A stretch of DNA of 63,753 bases, counting the filler. It is 8 parts of 8 records of this genome, joined end to end, with 100 filler letters (N's around TTAATTAATTAA, not from the genome) between each part and the next. Parts side by side here need not be neighbours in the genome. Positions count along the whole stretch, not along the records: positions 58,735 to 63,753 come from SRR31147125_29632; 7 more parts are not named here. The stretch is one strand, 5' to 3'. Both the position numbers and the translations under genes were made by a program. Below, in pieces: positions 59,874 through 63,753 of the stretch. The notes beneath the pieces were generated by a model that searched no databases, was not told where the DNA came from, and saw only the letters and a list, made by a program, of their open reading frames with translations. Positions within the stretch are counted from its first letter, which is position 1. The number at the start of each line of letters is the position of its first letter.

Positions 59874-61019
59874 TTGATGAATAACAGGCACATCTTACAT
59901 ATGGACTTGGATACGTTTTTTGTCTCTGTAGAAAGGCTGCATAACAAGAAACTTATCGGGAAACCTGTTATCATTGGTGGAGCATCAAACAGGGGTGTTG
60001 TTGCGAGTTGCAGCTACGAAACCCGAGCTTTTGGTGTACATTCCGCTATGCCCATGCGCATGGCACGCACACTATGTCCCGAGGCAATTATCGTGCGTGG
60101 CGATATGGATGAATACAGCAAATTCTCCAACCATGTAACCGATATTATTGCAGAAAAAGCACCGGTCTACGAGAAAACATCCATCGATGAACATTTCATA
60201 GATGTTACGGGTATGGATCGATTTTTTGGATGCTATCAGTGGTCGAAAGAATTAAGACAAAAAATTATAAAAGAAACGCAACTGCCCATTTCTTTTGGGT
60301 TGTCAGTAAATAAAACGGTTTCAAAAATTGCAACTGGCGAGGCAAAACCCAATAACAGCATAGAAATACCAGGACAACAGGTGTTGGGATTTATCCACCC
60401 CCTATCAATTAAAAAAATGCCAATGATAGGCGAGAAAACCTCGCAGCAACTATTTTCAATGGGGGTTGATACCATTGGGCTGTTAAGTAAAATTCCACCC
60501 GAAGTAATCGAAAAAGTGCTGGGGAAAAATGGTGTTACCATTTGGAAAAAGGCAAATGGAATTGATCTTACCCCTGTTGAGCAATATTCGACCCGAAAAT
60601 CAATAAGTACAGAATGCACTTTCGAGCAAGATATTATTGATGTAAAAGTACTTAACGATACGCTTATTAGCATGGTAGAGAAACTTTGCTACGAACTGAG
60701 GAGCAAACGAAGGCTAACCTCTTGCGTAACAGTAAAAATACGCTATGCCAATTTTGATACGCACACACTTCAAAAACGAATTTCGTATACATCTTTTGAT
60801 CATCATTTATCAGAAATTTCTAAAGAGTTGTTCCGAAAAATATTCCAACGCCGGATGCGTGTTCGTTTAATTGGAGTTAAGTTCAGTCACCTTGTACAAG
60901 GCGTACAGCAACTTGATATGTTTGAAGATGTACCCAAAATGGTTAACCTTTACTTAACCTGGGATAAGCTGAGAAACCGGTATGGCAGCCATGCTGTAAA
61001 AAGAGGGGTTTCTGTATAA
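59874..61019 (+). CDS. dinB: DNA polymerase IV
   Basis: ILHMDLDTFFVSVE, RGVVASCSYExRxFGVHSAMP, SIDE, VKIRY, RLIGV. Confidence 0.95.
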   Translation: MMNNRHILHMDLDTFFVSVERLHNKKLIGKPVIIGGASNRGVVASCSYETRAFGVHSAMPMRMARTLCPEAIIVRGDMDEYSKFSNHVTDIIAEKAPVYEKTSIDEHFIDVTGMDRFFGCYQWSKELRQKIIKETQLPISFGLSVNKTVSKIATGEAKPNNSIEIPGQQVLGFIHPLSIKKMPMIGEKTSQQLFSMGVDTIGLLSKIPPEVIEKVLGKNGVTIWKKANGIDLTPVEQYSTRKSISTECTFEQDIIDVKVLNDTLISMVEKLCYELRSKRRLTSCVTVKIRYANFDTHTLQKRISYTSFDHHLSEISKELFRKIFQRRMRVRLIGVKFSHLVQGVQQLDMFEDVPKMVNLYLTWDKLRNRYGSHAVKRGVSV

Positions 61020-61020
61020 A

Positions 61021-61051
61021 AAAAGGGATATCTGCAACAAATATCCCCTTT
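61021..61051. terminator. Bidirectional terminator-like hairpin
   Basis: AAAAGGGATAT..ATATCCCCTTT between convergent genes. Confidence 0.6.
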
Positions 61052-61074
61052 ACTATTTATAGCAAGAAATTCAA

Positions 61075-61323
61075 TTAATTTTTAAGATAATCGGAAAACT
61101 TTCCTTCTTCTCTTAATCTTTTTATAAGCTCTGTTATAGCTTTTAATCCATCAATCAAACTTATTTTATCACCAGTAACATCCAGAAATTCGACCTTCCT
61201 ATCTTTTATAAGGCTGTTTCTTTCTAAAACAGATTTATTAAGAAATTGATGCAAAGTAATTAAGTTATAACTTGTTGATGATTCTTTTATTGATACATGC
61301 GCAATATTTATTTCTTTTGTCAT
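61075..61323 (-). CDS. Small hypothetical protein downstream of amt
   Basis: 82-aa ORF starting 11 nt after the amt stop. Confidence 0.5.
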   Translation of the reverse strand: MTKEINIAHVSIKESSTSYNLITLHQFLNKSVLERNSLIKDRKVEFLDVTGDKISLIDGLKAITELIKRLREEGKFSDYLKN

Positions 61324-61334
61324 CTTGAAAAAAT

Positions 61335-62645
61335 TTAATTAAGTTGTTCCAGTAAACTTTCTAATTCCTCTTGATCTACTTCATCAGTATTTTCATCTAA
61401 TTTTGGGAATAATGTAATTCCTTTTCTCTCTTCTTCTGGAGATACTCTTAGCCCAACTGTCTTTTTTAAAACAGTAAACATTCCGTAACTAACGCTAAAA
61501 GCCCAAACAAAACATATAATAACGCCCAAGAGCTGAATCCCTAATTGGTGTAGCAAATTACTAAAAGAAAATATCCCATCAGGAAATAAGATACTTGGGG
61601 CGATTACGACCAAAAGTGTTCCCAATGCCCCGCATACACCATGTACTGGAATTGCACCTACAGCATCATCAATTCGTTTTTTTATTAAAAACTCAAAGGA
61701 TACATTATGTACTATCCCTGCTGTAATGCCAATTACTATAGAAGTTATTGGCGATTGGATATGGGGGGATGCCGTAATTGCAACTAACCCACCTAAACCT
61801 CCTCCAATTACCTTTTCATAAACTGACTTTTTATTTTGAAATTTTGAACAGTGATAATATGCCGAAATGGCGGCAGCAGCACCGGCAATATTAGTGTTAA
61901 GAATAATATACCCAACCTCACCGTTAAACGACAAAGTACTGCCTCCATTAAATCCCCACCATCCAAGCCATAATAAAAACATCCCCAAAGCGGCGTAAGA
62001 GATTTTATAAGGCTTTAATTCTCTTGCACTACCATCTTCATTATATCGCCCAATCCTTGGTCCTAAAAGAGAAAGACCAGCAAGTGAAATCCATGCCCCA
62101 ACAGAATGAACAACAGATGATCCGGCAAAATCAATGAACCCCAAATCTGCCAGCCAGGCTTTGTTATCTTCGAAAAATAGATTTCCCCAAGCCCAATGCC
62201 CAAAAAGAGGATAAATAATAAGGGCTATGAAAACAGAAGCAGTCATATACGGAATAAAACCAGTCCTTTCAGACATTGCCCCTGAGACAATGGTAACGGC
62301 GGTTCCCGCGAAAGCCAATTGAAACATAAAAAATATTATCCCCAATTGGTTCCCATTTGACATTTCCCCATAGTTTGTCTCAAAAAATAGATTTGTGCCA
62401 ATAATACCAATTGGAGATTGGCCAAACATAAAGCCATATCCAAAAGCAAAGAAAATTAAACTTGCAACAGCCCAGTCTATAACATTCTTAATAGCTACAG
62501 TTTCTGTATGGTGTTTTCTTACCATACCAACCTCTAAGCTCTTAAAACCCGCTTGCATCAAAAAAACTAATGATGCCGAAAACAATACCCATAACGCATC
62601 AACCTTGTTGAGCATTAAATTCAGGATCTCTGATCTTTCATCCAT
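61335..62645 (-). CDS. amt: Ammonium transporter
   Basis: LVFLMQAGF, FQLAF, SGAMSER, HWAW, DFAGSSVVH, LGPRIGRY, GFNGGS, IDDAVGAIPVHG. Confidence 0.96.
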   Translation of the reverse strand: MDERSEILNLMLNKVDALWVLFSASLVFLMQAGFKSLEVGMVRKHHTETVAIKNVIDWAVASLIFFAFGYGFMFGQSPIGIIGTNLFFETNYGEMSNGNQLGIIFFMFQLAFAGTAVTIVSGAMSERTGFIPYMTASVFIALIIYPLFGHWAWGNLFFEDNKAWLADLGFIDFAGSSVVHSVGAWISLAGLSLLGPRIGRYNEDGSARELKPYKISYAALGMFLLWLGWWGFNGGSTLSFNGEVGYIILNTNIAGAAAAISAYYHCSKFQNKKSVYEKVIGGGLGGLVAITASPHIQSPITSIVIGITAGIVHNVSFEFLIKKRIDDAVGAIPVHGVCGALGTLLVVIAPSILFPDGIFSFSNLLHQLGIQLLGVIICFVWAFSVSYGMFTVLKKTVGLRVSPEEERKGITLFPKLDENTDEVDQEELESLLEQLN

Positions 62646-63099
62646 ACCTCAAAAAAATATATTTAGGTTAAACATACCCCCTTTATAACACAGGGGTTTT
62701 AAATTAAATAGAATTTAATTCTACTACGCCCTATTGTTTGTTGGGGTTATGTGTTATAAAACATAACTTTTGAGAAACAAATAATATATTCTTATTCTTT
62801 GAGGTAAACATGAACCAAAAAACCACTTATTTTTCTGAGGATTAATAAAAAAATGTGGGACACTTAAATCAAAAACACATTTGAGTTTTATTTAAAAAAC
62901 TGTTGATACTTCAGGTAAATATTTAACATACCAACATGTCACAAAACAATATATTCCATCTAACGAAATAACGACAAACTCCCCTATCCTATTTCCTTTC
63001 GGTTTTCATTACGAGATTATCCAAGCTTAACTTTCCCATTTTATTATTTTTTTGATTTAAATACGATAGAAAATTTTATTTTAACTATAAAACAGGATA

Positions 63100-63753
63100 T
63101 CAGGCCGATACGCCTAAATAAAATCCTTGGTTCCTGAGTTCGTTGATAAAGCCGCGAATATTATTTTCCAGCATGCTTTTATCCTCAATTCCAAAGAGAG
63201 ATGAAATTTCCTCTAATGACTCAGTAAAAGATATTTTATTAACTGCTAACTTCTCGAGTAGAATTGCAAATAAAACAGTGAGGTCGATAAACTTCACATT
63301 CCCTGTCTCCAGTTCGCGAAAAATTAAAACAAAATAATTTGCCTGTTTAGCCTGGGCCTGCTCTATCGGGTACAAATGCACGGGATAGCCAAGTTGTATA
63401 ATTTTATAGTCCGGGTTAAATACCAGCTTATCGCCATGTTCAATTTCCTTATCTGCAAAATGAGGTATAGGTGAATCTGGCATGGTATGAATTTCAATTT
63501 CTATCCATTCAAAATACAGTAAATCTTCCAGCCACGGTTTTTTAGTGGTCTCCTGATAGTTATTTTCTTTAATAAATTCGTAAAATTCAAAAGGCAATTT
63601 CCAAATTTGTGGTGTCTGGCTATCATGCTTCTCAATAAAACCCATTACCAACGTATCCCATTCTTCTTCTGAAAGAATCTCAACGGCAATAGGAAACGCT
63701 TGTTCCAGGGTATTAATCACAACATTATTTGTAAGACGTTTATAGTGGTGAAT
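63100..63753 (-). CDS. DUF2063 / HvfC-like protein (usual partner of DUF692 MNIO enzymes), 5' truncated
   Basis: YxRL..N.I..TLxxAFPI..W..L...F..H..xTPxxWxLPxEFxEF..LxDLxxFEWxE; YPVH. Confidence 0.7.
   Translation of the reverse strand: MHHYKRLTNNVVINTLEQAFPIAVEILSEEEWDTLVMGFIEKHDSQTPQIWKLPFEFYEFIKENNYQETTKKPWLEDLLYFEWIEIEIHTMPDSPIPHFADKEIEHGDKLVFNPDYKIIQLGYPVHLYPIEQAQAKQANYFVLIFRELETGNVKFIDLTVLFAILLEKLAVNKISFTESLEEISSLFGIEDKSMLENNIRGFINELRNQGFYLGVSA

Noticed and set aside
1-63753. CRISPR array or other regularly spaced repeat-spacer array
   Set aside because: No repeat-spacer periodicity and no cas, RT or transposase genes seen on reading the intergenic regions.

Overview
The window is a concatenation of eight unrelated contigs joined by 100-nt N spacers that each contain TTAATTAATTAA (gaps at 12988-13087, 24024-24123, 29191-29290, 35006-35105, 43122-43221, 53360-53459, 58635-58734), so genes on different sides of a gap are not neighbours. 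Contig 1 (1-12987) is the most interesting. It is an apparently near-complete 13-kb integrative element at a tRNA-Phe (displaced 3' tRNA half at 1-34, integrase at 11481-12917, matching arm-type repeats at both ends). It has no recognisable structural, terminase, relaxase or Rep gene, but it carries several signals typical of T4-like phage late gene expression. Two T4-late-type TAAATA boxes each sit inside a hairpin that hides the downstream start codon. One of them precedes an unannotated 51-aa basic protein with a capsid-targeting-like N-terminus (MRIEEV). The element also has a collar-less clamp-loader (gp44/RFC-like) ATPase, a ~380-nt highly structured non-coding region, a second small tyrosine recombinase and an OLD-family nuclease. 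I infer a satellite or defence island that responds to or hijacks T4-like phages. The other contigs are mostly ordinary: two Clostridia-like pieces (AprAB-like flavoprotein/ferredoxin; CoA-activase/DUF2229 cluster with two frameshifts), a sigma54-controlled ADH/sugar-ABC locus, a Bacteroidota-like piece ending in a restriction-endonuclease + AbiGi-like pair (candidate defence system), a spirochaete-like inositol catabolism (iolN/iolO) cluster with an FGE-sulfatase-domain lipoprotein, a giant Bacteroidota-like adhesin fragment, and a dinB/amt region. All family and taxonomic calls come from motif recognition by eye; no database searches were run.
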